From Candidatus Heimdallarchaeota archaeon (GTDB taxonomy: Archaea; Asgardarchaeota; Heimdallarchaeia; Heimdallarchaeales; Heimdallarchaeaceae), in contig JAEOSZ010000026.1 of the NCBI GenBank assembly GCA_016840095.1, positions 17,920 through 81,919 of the forward strand: a stretch of DNA of 64,000 nucleotides, read 5' to 3'. Position 1 is the first letter of the stretch, and each line of letters begins with the position of its first letter. The translations under genes were made by a program, and so were the position numbers. The notes under the pieces were generated by a model that saw only the letters and a list, made by a program, of their open reading frames with translations, ran no database searches and had not been told where the DNA came from. Of this stretch, positions 42,878 through 51,771 are shown in pieces.

Positions 42878-43639
42878 ATGGCTAAAAATAATCCCTCAGA
42901 TTTTGCTATTTTTTTTGATGATGGAGGAGTAATGAATGATAATAAATTACGAGGTATTCAATGGCAAAAGCTAGTGGGAGAATATTTCTCACCCAAGTAT
43001 AGTGGTGAACCACATAGGTGGGCTGAAGCAAACTTCGTATTTATTACTGATTTTATTGCTGAGGAAAGTATCTCTATTGAAAAAGGAGAGATAACTGACT
43101 ACAATGATTATTATTCCAAATTTCAAAGCAGATGGGTAACTAACATGTTTGATTATGTAGGTGTAAAAATACCTCCTAAAGAGATCCACTCAAAAATTTA
43201 TTTCGAAGCTATTAATTTTATTACTCCAAATGTAAAAGCTTCTTTTCCAGGAGTTGTTGAAGTTATTAAGCATCTGCACAAACTTGGATTTAGACTATTT
43301 ACAGCTTCAGCTGAACATTCAACTGAGCTAAAAGGATACCTAAGGGGGATGAGAGTAATAGACAATTTTGAAAACTACTATGGACCAGATTTGATAAATA
43401 CTCACAAAAGTATGGATAATTTCTATAAGAACATGTTCGCTGACATCAACCTAGATCCCAACAAAGCAATAATTATAGAAGATAATCCTAGATATTTGGA
43501 AACTGCTGAACAAAGTGGTGCTAATGTGATTCAAGCATGTTTGGCAAGGGAGTATGAACCAAAATACCAATATTTCTTTGAATTTATGCAAGAATTACCA
43601 GAATTAATAATAAAAATAATCAAAAAAATAAAAAAATAA
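42878..43639 (+). CDS. HAD-superfamily hydrolase
   Basis: FFDDGGV motif I, FPGV, TAS, IIEDNP. Confidence 0.85.
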   Translation: MAKNNPSDFAIFFDDGGVMNDNKLRGIQWQKLVGEYFSPKYSGEPHRWAEANFVFITDFIAEESISIEKGEITDYNDYYSKFQSRWVTNMFDYVGVKIPPKEIHSKIYFEAINFITPNVKASFPGVVEVIKHLHKLGFRLFTASAEHSTELKGYLRGMRVIDNFENYYGPDLINTHKSMDNFYKNMFADINLDPNKAIIIEDNPRYLETAEQSGANVIQACLAREYEPKYQYFFEFMQELPELIIKIIKKIKK

Positions 43640-43649
43640 AGAAAAGGAA

Positions 43650-45119
43650 TTATTCTTTATCATAAATTCCTGTGTAAGGTGCTCTTTCTCCTTTCATATA
43701 TCTCTCATGAGGATCCTTGATAAACAGGGTAATAATTATACCTAATGAGAAAAGTACCAGCAGACTAGCAAGAGCGACTCTCATTGGATTAGGTGGAACT
43801 AGTCCTTCAGCTAGAAAGATCACCAAGCCAAATAGGAGGGGAGATACTATTGCACTTACTCTCCCAGCTATTTTTTGAAAACCACCATACTGTGCGAGTC
43901 GTGAAGGTGGAGCCAAAACCATAATAAATTGCCTTCCTACGATCCATATTCCTCCAAAACCTAAACCAATGAATATTGCACCAAACCATATTATCCAGGC
44001 AGGAATTGTGATTGAACCAACTGTCCATCCTCCTAGAACAAATATAACTATTGCAATAAACCAAGATATACCAATCATAAGGAACAGTTTCTTAGGACCG
44101 TATTTGTTTATGAATTTTCCAATTATGATTCCAGATATTATTGAGAATACTATACCTCCTAGAATAACATATTCTACTATTCCTTCAAACATTGAACCGC
44201 CTACTGTTGAAATCACAGGTACCATATAGAGAATCGTCGTATTTGCTGCATCAGTTATGAAAAACCAAGCTAAAAAGAATAACCAGGAATTTCTATCTAG
44301 AACAATTGCTTTCAAGGATGTCTTAAAATCACCCAATGAAGCTTTCCAATAATCTCCTGCAGTCATCTTTTCTGCAGGTGGATTTTCTACTTCTTTGTGG
44401 AACAGATATGGAATGCTCATTAATATTATGATTATTGCAGATATTAAGAATAGCCATCTCAGACCACCAAAATTAATATCCCCTGGATTAATAACTACTT
44501 CACCTACTTGCCAAATTCCTGTGTCTACATGAGTTGCCTTTCCGAATAGAGAATCAAGACCTACAACAATACTTAGAACTACTGCTATTATTGATCCAAG
44601 AGGTGCAAGAGCACCACCAAGGGCTTGAATAAATCCTCTATCTTCTGTTTCTGTGATGAAAGGAATTTGAGCGTCGTAAAACATTCTTCCTGCTTGATAG
44701 CAGAAATTTGCAACAACGAATAGTATGCATGCCCACCAGAAGTTTTGCCAAATTGTAATCATTGCTGTTGTAGTTACCATTATTCCAGCAACTATCAGTA
44801 CAGCTGGTTTTCTTTTCCCAGCTCTATCCGAAATAGCACCAAGAATTGGTCCGAAAATAGCAATTAAGAGATTTGAACCAGCCATGAAAACTGACATTAC
44901 AATAAAAACTGTTGAGAATTTCCATCCCATTTGAACACCTAAAAGTAACACAAATGGAGTAAATGCTAAGCTTATAACAGATTGTGAGAAGAAGGTATCT
45001 GCTGCATCATAGCTGTACCACAGCCATGCATTTCTTCGATTTGATACTTTTGATTCTAATGAAATTTCTCTAGCATCATCTTTATCTAAAATTTCTTCTA
45101 ATTTTGACATATTTTTCAC
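43650..45119 (-). CDS. MFS transporter (UMF1/Atg22-like)
   Basis: AWLWYSYDAA, GPILGAISDRAGKRK, FYDAQIP, ~12 TM. Confidence 0.9.
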   Translation of the reverse strand: MKNMSKLEEILDKDDAREISLESKVSNRRNAWLWYSYDAADTFFSQSVISLAFTPFVLLLGVQMGWKFSTVFIVMSVFMAGSNLLIAIFGPILGAISDRAGKRKPAVLIVAGIMVTTTAMITIWQNFWWACILFVVANFCYQAGRMFYDAQIPFITETEDRGFIQALGGALAPLGSIIAVVLSIVVGLDSLFGKATHVDTGIWQVGEVVINPGDINFGGLRWLFLISAIIIILMSIPYLFHKEVENPPAEKMTAGDYWKASLGDFKTSLKAIVLDRNSWLFFLAWFFITDAANTTILYMVPVISTVGGSMFEGIVEYVILGGIVFSIISGIIIGKFINKYGPKKLFLMIGISWFIAIVIFVLGGWTVGSITIPAWIIWFGAIFIGLGFGGIWIVGRQFIMVLAPPSRLAQYGGFQKIAGRVSAIVSPLLFGLVIFLAEGLVPPNPMRVALASLLVLFSLGIIITLFIKDPHERYMKGERAPYTGIYDKE

Positions 45120-45218
45120 CTTAAATCGTTTCTTAAAGAGAATTTTGCTTAAAACTGTACTGGTTTATTTTAAAGATTCACCTAAAAATCGAAAAAAGAA
45201 AAGGTTTTTCACTATTTT

Positions 45219-46203
45219 CTAACGAGGAATATTTACTTCAAATTCTCTTAGAGATGGAGGAACACTATCGATTTTTGTGATTTTGCTGAATTCTAATCCA
45301 ATTAAACCCATTAACCTTTCTCTTCTAGATTCATCTGTTTTCATGAAAATAAACCTTCCATTAGGCAATTCTGAAGCTATTTTTGGATATGTAATTTGAT
45401 TATGAACTTTATCTTTAGTGCCATTTGTTACAAATATTTCCTTTGTTATTCCAGAAACATTACCAAAGAGTTCAAAATCAATCACTGAATCTGCAACCCT
45501 CTTCCATTTCCAAAGTTCAGCATCAACCACAACATCTTCTGCTCTTCTTCTTTGGACTTCTTCATTCATACCTCTTAGTTGTAGTCTTTTAAGTATAGGT
45601 TTAATCATTTTAACTACAAATACAGGTAGTATAGGGGACACGTACCTTAGAAACCACTTTGGAAACCATAGTGTGTGCATAGGATCATGTGCAATTATTG
45701 TTGGAGCATCAATTACCTCTTCAACCAAACCTTGTAATATTATTGCACTTCCCCAGCAAGTTCCTTGAAGAACAAAGTCTTTTTTATCCAATTCAAAATA
45801 ATTAATAACATCCTGGATATCCTTGGCTTTTTGATACATCCCCATTTTTGCTCTTTTTCTATCCAGTTTACTACTACTCTTCTCACGGGTTTCTACATAA
45901 TAACACTCGACTTTATCATGGATAACTTCGTAGAAATCCACAAAACCAATTCCACTTGTTCCCCACCCTGGAATAAAAACTAAAGGTCGCTTTGAAACAG
46001 GATTTTGGGGTTTGATGTGATATACTTTAATTTCTCCATCATCAACCGGAACGTAAAAGCTCTCTGTTGTATCAATCTCCCAAAAATTAGGAACTTCTCT
46101 CTCAGTATCTGTAAGTATGTCATGAACTTTTTTTTCTAACTCAGGAGTTATATCTAGTAGAGATTTATCCTCTTGTTGAGCTTTGTTATTGGCTTTTCCC
46201 ATT
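45219..46203 (-). CDS. Alpha/beta hydrolase fold protein
   Basis: FIPGW oxyanion loop, GTCWG elbow, GTKDKVH; start uncertain. Confidence 0.75.
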
Positions 46204-46324
46204 AATCTTCTCAAAAATTTTCTATTCTTAAAGTTACTTCTACCTAAGTTTTTTATGCAAGGTAAAAGAGATATCCACCTTATTAGAAGAGTTAAGATTT
46301 ACAAAAACAACCTTGTTGTTTAGG

Positions 46325-46810
46325 TCACTTTCCAGTCAAGGGACCTTTCTGCAAGGTTTTCCTATTCCTTATAATTCTAGTTACGAATAACGAAAGAAAT
46401 CCAAAGCAAATGGAAATTGAAGTCAAAATTACAATATAATAAAAATCTGCTCTAGCGTTATTTAAAAAGGAAGTATAATTTAAGATAATGAAATAAATGA
46501 TCATGCCAATTATCCCAATTCCTGTAGCTGAAGATAGAAATGCCAAAGTATTCAAACTTCTTCTTTGACTATGTTGAGCATTATAATAAAATAACATAGT
46601 GCAAATTATTGGAATAGGGATTTCTAGGAACCATAAGAAATTAGGATTCTGTTCAAAGAGGTTTTCAACAAAACTAAAAGCTGATTCCATGCTTGAAAGA
46701 AGAAGAAATAACAAAGCTACTGAAGAAATAAGTGCTAAAAGTGCAGAAATCCAAGGAGGAGTTTTAATTTTAGATTTCGGTTTTAGAGTTTGTATTTCTT
46801 CTGCATTCAT
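46325..46810 (-). CDS. Hypothetical membrane protein (4 TM)
   Basis: Four hydrophobic segments. Confidence 0.6.
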   Translation of the reverse strand: MNAEEIQTLKPKSKIKTPPWISALLALISSVALLFLLLSSMESAFSFVENLFEQNPNFLWFLEIPIPIICTMLFYYNAQHSQRRSLNTLAFLSSATGIGIIGMIIYFIILNYTSFLNNARADFYYIVILTSISICFGFLSLFVTRIIRNRKTLQKGPLTGK

Positions 46811-46926
46811 GTTCTCTCACTGATTTCATTTAGGATAGTGATTGATTGGTTAAAATACTTATGCTGATTGTTGACTCATCACTATGTATATAAAACACAA
46901 ATTACGAATAAGTTTTGGAGATTTAT

Positions 46927-47400
46927 ATGACTAAAGCAAAAGTTGAAACCAATAAAGGTACTTTTACAATAGAATTTTATGATGAACATACTCCTAACAC
47001 TGTCAAGAACTTCGTTTCATTAGCACAAGATGGTTATTATGATGGAGTTGTATTCCACAGAGTTATACCAGAATTTGTTGTTCAAGGCGGAGATCCCACA
47101 GGAACAGGAAGAGGTGGACCAGGATACCAGATTGCAGATGAAGTTAACAATCCTGTCCAACAACATGAACTAGGAGCATTAAGTATGGCTAATGCTGGAC
47201 CAAATACCAATGGTTCACAATTCTTTGTTGTTCTCAATCCAGCAAATTGTAAACATCTAAATAAGAAACACACTGTTTTTGGAAAAGTAGTTGATGGTAT
47301 GAAAGTTATCAATATGATAAATCAGGGAGACAAAATGATCAAGGTCACAATTGAAGAAGAATCTGATCTAATTAAAAACCATCAATTGAAAAAACACTAG
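46927..47400 (+). CDS. ppiA: Cyclophilin-type peptidyl-prolyl isomerase
   Basis: FHRVIPEFVVQGGDP, LSMANAGPNTNGSQFF, HTVFGKV. Confidence 0.97.
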   Translation: MTKAKVETNKGTFTIEFYDEHTPNTVKNFVSLAQDGYYDGVVFHRVIPEFVVQGGDPTGTGRGGPGYQIADEVNNPVQQHELGALSMANAGPNTNGSQFFVVLNPANCKHLNKKHTVFGKVVDGMKVINMINQGDKMIKVTIEEESDLIKNHQLKKH

Positions 47401-47464
47401 AGCATTCAAGAAAGACTAAATTTTTCATTTCTTTTTATTGAGTTTTTTGAATAAAAGTAGAGGA

Positions 47465-47589
47465 TGGTGGCTCGGGGGGGACTCGATCCCCCGACCTCAA
47501 GATTTCTCATCTGAGGTTCACGTTTGCAGTTCTAACCCTTATTTCTGAAGACTATGAGTCTTGCGCTCTGCCAACTGAGCTACCGAGCC
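47465..47589 (-). tRNA. tRNA-Met(CAT), elongator type (Ile2 not excluded), 49-nt intron at 37/38 (47504-47552)
   Basis: Acceptor GGCTCGG/CCGAGCC, A73-CCA; perfect BHB CTCA-TAG-TCT...AGA-TGAG-AAA; spliced length 76 nt; lacks initiator A1-U72 and the GGG stem. Confidence 0.93.
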
Positions 47590-47679
47590 ATTTCTAAAAT
47601 TGAACATGACATCTTGTTTTTAATTCTTTTGTTCTTAATCATTGAAATATTTATTATACTACCTTATCAAAGTTAATCC

Positions 47680-47934
47680 ATGCCTAAAGAAGGATATACC
47701 ACAGGTTCAGAAAATAAAATTGTCAAGGAAAAGGGAGTTAGTGACTATTATGTTATTGTAACTCGGGTAGAAAGAAGAGATTATCATTATAGAGTTGTAG
47801 CCACTAATGAGGAACAGGCAATTGAGTTTGCTGTTGATGAATATAATCCTATTACTGAAAAAGATATTATTTCACTTGAAGATCAATTTGTTGAGACACT
47901 TGACTGGGAAGCTAGAGTTGAAGAAAATCTCTAA
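47680..47934 (+). CDS. Small acidic hypothetical protein
   Basis: 84-aa ORF with plausible composition. Confidence 0.55.
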   Translation: MPKEGYTTGSENKIVKEKGVSDYYVIVTRVERRDYHYRVVATNEEQAIEFAVDEYNPITEKDIISLEDQFVETLDWEARVEENL

Positions 47935-47950
47935 AATCAAATTTTCTTAA

Positions 47951-48145
47951 TCATAACCACTTATTCAGAACTTCTTGTGCTCCTTGTAATAAATCCCCGA
48001 GCACTTTTTTGTCTTCGTCTTCTTCTAGTTTTACTTTTCTGTTCTCAAGCCATCTAAAGAGCGTGGAACTTAGCTGTTCTTCTAGTTCAGATATAATTCC
48101 AAACTTGATTCCATAGTCTGATTCTTCTGTCATTATTATCAACAA
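47951..48145 (-). CDS. Small hypothetical protein
   Basis: 60-64 aa helical acidic ORF filling the gap. Confidence 0.5.
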   Translation of the reverse strand: MLIIMTEESDYGIKFGIISELEEQLSSTLFRWLENRKVKLEEDEDKKVLGDLLQGAQEVLNKWL

Positions 48146-48290
48146 TTATCTTTTACAATATATTCTCTTGTAATTCCCCAATAGTATTGAGAAATAACCT
48201 ATTTATTGCTTATTTAATAATTGAGAAATTAATTAATAAAGGCAAGTTTTGGATTTTATAAAGTAAAATAATAAAAACAATAAGAGAAGA

Positions 48291-48968
48291 TTAATCTTCT
48301 TCTTCAGTAGTTTCTCCATCAGCTAGTTCTTCTTCAGCTAGTTCTCTTTCAGCTACTCTTTCAGCTAGTTCTTCTTCAGATAACTCGTCATCTGCAAGTT
48401 TTTTAACCTTTGCAATTCCTTTAGAGAATCCTATAGTTCTTCGCAGTTCTTGTACTAGTTCTTCTCCTTTGCCAATCTTATATGTACAAGGAGTTGGAAA
48501 TCTGTCAGATGCTCTTTTCAAAGCATCTATTGCTATTGGATAATGTTGAGGATTTAGTCTTACTGTAACTAATTCTTGTCCTTCTTTTACTCTTGCAGCT
48601 CTATCTGTAGGTTTTCCAAAAGATCTTCGCATTCCATCTTGAATTCTATCAGCACCTGCTACAGCCATCATTTTGTTTTCTCTTAAAATATGATGGGGGT
48701 GTATTCTTATTGTCATGTGATAGTTTTCTATTCCAACCTTTCTTTGTAGATGTCTATTGACTGCAATTCTTGCAGCTTCTAAAGCGGTGTGTCTGATTTG
48801 ACATCTTTCCTTTGAAACAAGGTGAACATGTACTGGGAAATCTCCTTTTCTGTTTCCAGCATCATAAGCCCTAATTCTAGAATCAGGTACACCTCTTACA
48901 TATTTACCTACTCTAGTATTTGCTGGTCCTCTAACATATCTGTAACATCTTGCTGGTCTTTTACCCAT
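48291..48968 (-). CDS. rpl10e: 50S ribosomal protein uL16 (L10e) with acidic C-terminal tail
   Basis: MGKRPARCYR, ALEAARI, RENKMMAVAGADRIQDGMRRSFGKP. Confidence 0.97.
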   Translation of the reverse strand: MGKRPARCYRYVRGPANTRVGKYVRGVPDSRIRAYDAGNRKGDFPVHVHLVSKERCQIRHTALEAARIAVNRHLQRKVGIENYHMTIRIHPHHILRENKMMAVAGADRIQDGMRRSFGKPTDRAARVKEGQELVTVRLNPQHYPIAIDALKRASDRFPTPCTYKIGKGEELVQELRRTIGFSKGIAKVKKLADDELSEEELAERVAERELAEEELADGETTEEED

Positions 48969-48983
48969 CTTTATCAACTTACC

Positions 48984-49553
48984 TTATCTTGCTGACAGAG
49001 CGATTCTCTCTATCTCTTGTTTCTTTTTAACAGCTGCGCTTCCTTGATCACCTGTTGATGCAACAATCAATTCTTCAGCGACAACTTCATCAACACTTTT
49101 GATGTTATTGAAACTTTTTTGTTTTATTGCGTTAGCTAAGAATCTTAATGCTAGATCAACTCTTCTACTTGGTGCAACATCAACGGATATGTGTTGAGCT
49201 ACTCCACCATAGGTTAAACGAGTTGTTTCTTCTCTTGGTGCTACTTTGCAAATTGCATCTACAAGAACTTGAACAGGATTCTTTCCAGTTCTCTCATTAA
49301 TAATTTCAAATGCAACTCTGACTATATTTATTGCTTTTTGTTTCTTTCCAGCGTTTTTTCCCTTTTTCATCAGTTTATTAACGAATCTTTCAACAATATT
49401 CATTTCTGCTTTTTTGAAACGTTGATCCTGGTATCTTCCACCAGAATGTGGGAAGTATACTGGTTTAAGAGAAATGTATCTTTGTAAACCTAAGTCGGAT
49501 ACTTGTACTTCGCTTAAATCCCATTTACCGAAGAGTTTGATTTCGTCACTCAT
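48984..49553 (-). CDS. rps7: 30S ribosomal protein uS7 (archaeal type)
   Basis: KLFGKW, PHSGGR, NPVQVLVDAI, SVDVAPSRR, ERIALSAR. Confidence 0.98.
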   Translation of the reverse strand: MSDEIKLFGKWDLSEVQVSDLGLQRYISLKPVYFPHSGGRYQDQRFKKAEMNIVERFVNKLMKKGKNAGKKQKAINIVRVAFEIINERTGKNPVQVLVDAICKVAPREETTRLTYGGVAQHISVDVAPSRRVDLALRFLANAIKQKSFNNIKSVDEVVAEELIVASTGDQGSAAVKKKQEIERIALSAR

Positions 49554-49726
49554 TTTGATTCCTCTTCAACTAATTTAGCAAAACCAGCTACGTTTAAAAA
49601 TCTAATGTTGAACGACAGAATGATTCACACATCTATAGTCATTAAATGTTATTTTATCAAAAATCATACAAAAAACTGAAAAACTTGGTAGGTAAACCTC
49701 TAGGAAAAGAAGAGAACTTGATTTGT

Positions 49727-50131
49727 ATGGTAGAAGATTGTCTTATTTGTAAAATAGTAGCAGGAGAAATGCCGAGCTTTACATTGTATGAGGATGAGGA
49801 AATCAAAGTGTTTCTAGATATATATCCTATATCCAAAGGTCACAGTTTGATTGTACCTAAGAAGCACTTTGAAGATATATTTGATATTCCTGAAACTGAC
49901 ATGAGTTTCACAAAGAAGATACCTGAAATTGCTACTAAACTAAAAAGAATAACAGAGGCAACAGGGATGAATATCGTTCAAAATAATGGTAGGGACGCTG
50001 GACAAATACTAAATCATATACACTTTCATCTAATACCACGATTTCCAGAAGATGGTATAAATATGATTCCGCCTAAATCAGAACTAGCAGAAGAAACAGC
50101 AAAAGAGCTAGTTGAAATGTATAATAGGTAG
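49727..50131 (+). CDS. HIT family nucleotide hydrolase
   Basis: CLICKI, GHSLIVPKKH, HIHFHLIPR. Confidence 0.95.
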   Translation: MVEDCLICKIVAGEMPSFTLYEDEEIKVFLDIYPISKGHSLIVPKKHFEDIFDIPETDMSFTKKIPEIATKLKRITEATGMNIVQNNGRDAGQILNHIHFHLIPRFPEDGINMIPPKSELAEETAKELVEMYNR

Positions 50132-50199
50132 AAAAAACAAGCAATGACAAGCACAAACTTAATAAAAAATGAGAAAAGAGAACTTACAAGGGGAAAATA

Positions 50200-50769
50200 A
50201 TGGCAGAAGACGAGGGGCAAGGAAAAAAATACATCTTTAAAATAGTGTTATTGGGTGATCCAGGAGTAGGAAAAAGTTCCCTAATCACTAGATTTGTTCA
50301 CAATCGTTTCCAAGCATCATATCTTATGACTATAGGAGTCGATATTCTAAGCAAACAACTGTTTGTTGAAAAAGATGAGGTATTATTCCTAATAAGTGAT
50401 ATCGGAGGACAAGAAAGGTTTGCATCAGTTAGAGAAAAATTCTATCGTGGAGCAAGAGGATGTTTCTTAGTGTTTGATCTCTCTAGAAATAATACTTTGA
50501 GTTCATTAAAAGCTTGGAAGAAAGGATTGGAAGGTGTTGAAGAAGATGCTTTGTATTTCCTGATAGGTAACAAAGCAGACTTAAAGGAGCAAATTGCAGT
50601 TTCAGACGAAAATATTGAAGAAATGATTCAAGAGTTGGGAATATCAAAGGATTCATTCTTTATTACATCAGCGAAAACAGGTGAAAAAGTAGAAGATGCT
50701 TTCAGAACCTTTGCACAAGAATTAATGAAGGATGTAGAAAGAAAGAGAGTAGAATTTGGTTACGATTAA
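50200..50769 (+). CDS. Rab-like small GTPase (eukaryotic signature protein)
   Basis: G1 GDPGVGKS, G2 TIGVD, G3 DIGGQERF, FYRGA, G4 NKAD, G5 TSAK; no C-terminal Cys. Confidence 0.93.
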   Translation: MAEDEGQGKKYIFKIVLLGDPGVGKSSLITRFVHNRFQASYLMTIGVDILSKQLFVEKDEVLFLISDIGGQERFASVREKFYRGARGCFLVFDLSRNNTLSSLKAWKKGLEGVEEDALYFLIGNKADLKEQIAVSDENIEEMIQELGISKDSFFITSAKTGEKVEDAFRTFAQELMKDVERKRVEFGYD

Positions 50770-50837
50770 GAAATTGTAAATTATTCCTTTTGTTTTTGTG
50801 CTACTAGAATTATTAATACATAATACTAAACGACAAG

Positions 50838-50845
50838 TTTAAAAG
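50838..50845 (+). promoter_or_regulatory. TATA box of tRNA-Asp
   Basis: TTTAAAAG about 35-40 bp upstream of the tRNA. Confidence 0.55.
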
Positions 50846-50878
50846 AAGTAGTAAAAGAAAAAAGATGTCGAAAATCAC

Positions 50879-51018
50879 GGGGCAGTAGTTTAGCCTGGCC
50901 TAAAGAGACAGGTTGTGAACCACCTCTGGTTAATGATGGGGGACTGTCAAGTTCTTTGCAGTCTTGCATTGAGTGCCGAACTCCTTCGACCCGGGTTCAA
51001 ATCCCGGCTGCCTCGCCA
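50879..51018 (+). tRNA. tRNA-Asp(GTC) with two 31-nt introns (21/22: 50903-50933; 37/38: 50950-50980)
   Basis: Acceptor GGGGCAG/CTGCCTC, G73-CCA, T arm CCGGG-TTCAAAT-CCCGG; removing both introns gives a 78-nt archaeal-type tRNA-Asp; BHB-like motifs at both junctions. Confidence 0.88.
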
Positions 51019-51071
51019 AATTTTTCTTTTTATTCGATAGCTTTTTATTGCTTCGGAAATCAAAGGGCCTA

Positions 51072-51719
51072 ATGAAGAGGTATACTTTGTTATTTGTAAT
51101 GATTATACCAATAATTACAGGCATATCTATTGTCAGTACTCCGACTTTGGCAAATCAGTATACTATAGAAGATGGGGATTACATTGACTATGGTTATCAA
51201 ATGCTCGTTGATAGTGCTATCGTAGAAACTCGAACTGAAGCGAATCCCTTTCAGATAGTAATTATGGAAGACAATTGTGTCCCTCCAGGGCTATATATAC
51301 ATCTTATTGGCATGAATAATGGGGAGATAAAAACCAACATAATTATTCCTCCTGAAGAAGGATTTTTGCCAAGTGATCCTACTTATGGTGCTTATTCTGG
51401 TAAAGCTGTTACTTTTAATAATCTTCAAATTTACAAAATAAATGGATATCATTATACAGAACTTCCAACTCAACCTGAACCTAGATCCTTTGTATTTTGG
51501 ATTCTTACAATTGGTGGAACTATTTTAGGTTTGGCAGCTGCAGTTCTTCTAATTTATGGTGGTTATAGATATTATCCTAAACTCTTTGGTAAACGTTGTT
51601 TAACATGCAAGAGAAGTGCTGCGGGTTACTGTAAGAATTGTGGTAAATCTTTTTGCAATACTTGTTACTCAAATGGGTGCCCTAATTGTAAAGGCCGGTC
51701 TCTTATCAGATTTAGCTGA
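51072..51719 (+). CDS. Single-pass membrane protein: signal peptide, FKBP-like domain, TM, C8 zinc finger
   Basis: Start moved to MKRYTLL (the listed start lies inside the tRNA); DGDYIDYGY...PF...LIGMNNGE...IPPEEGF; TM; CxxC-x7-CxxC-x4-CxxC-x4-CxxC. Confidence 0.8.
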   Translation: MKRYTLLFVMIIPIITGISIVSTPTLANQYTIEDGDYIDYGYQMLVDSAIVETRTEANPFQIVIMEDNCVPPGLYIHLIGMNNGEIKTNIIIPPEEGFLPSDPTYGAYSGKAVTFNNLQIYKINGYHYTELPTQPEPRSFVFWILTIGGTILGLAAAVLLIYGGYRYYPKLFGKRCLTCKRSAAGYCKNCGKSFCNTCYSNGCPNCKGRSLIRFS

Positions 51720-51771
51720 AATAGTGTGTCTCTTCGAAATTCTTTTAAATTTTTTTACTTCTCTTTAATCA

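Noticed and set aside
47504-47552. Box C/D guide RNA inside the tRNA introns
   Set aside because: No convincing RUGAUGA plus CUGA pair within any of the three introns
50930-51124. ORF 50930-51124 (-) and the 50973 start of the next gene
   Set aside because: These read through the tRNA-Asp gene
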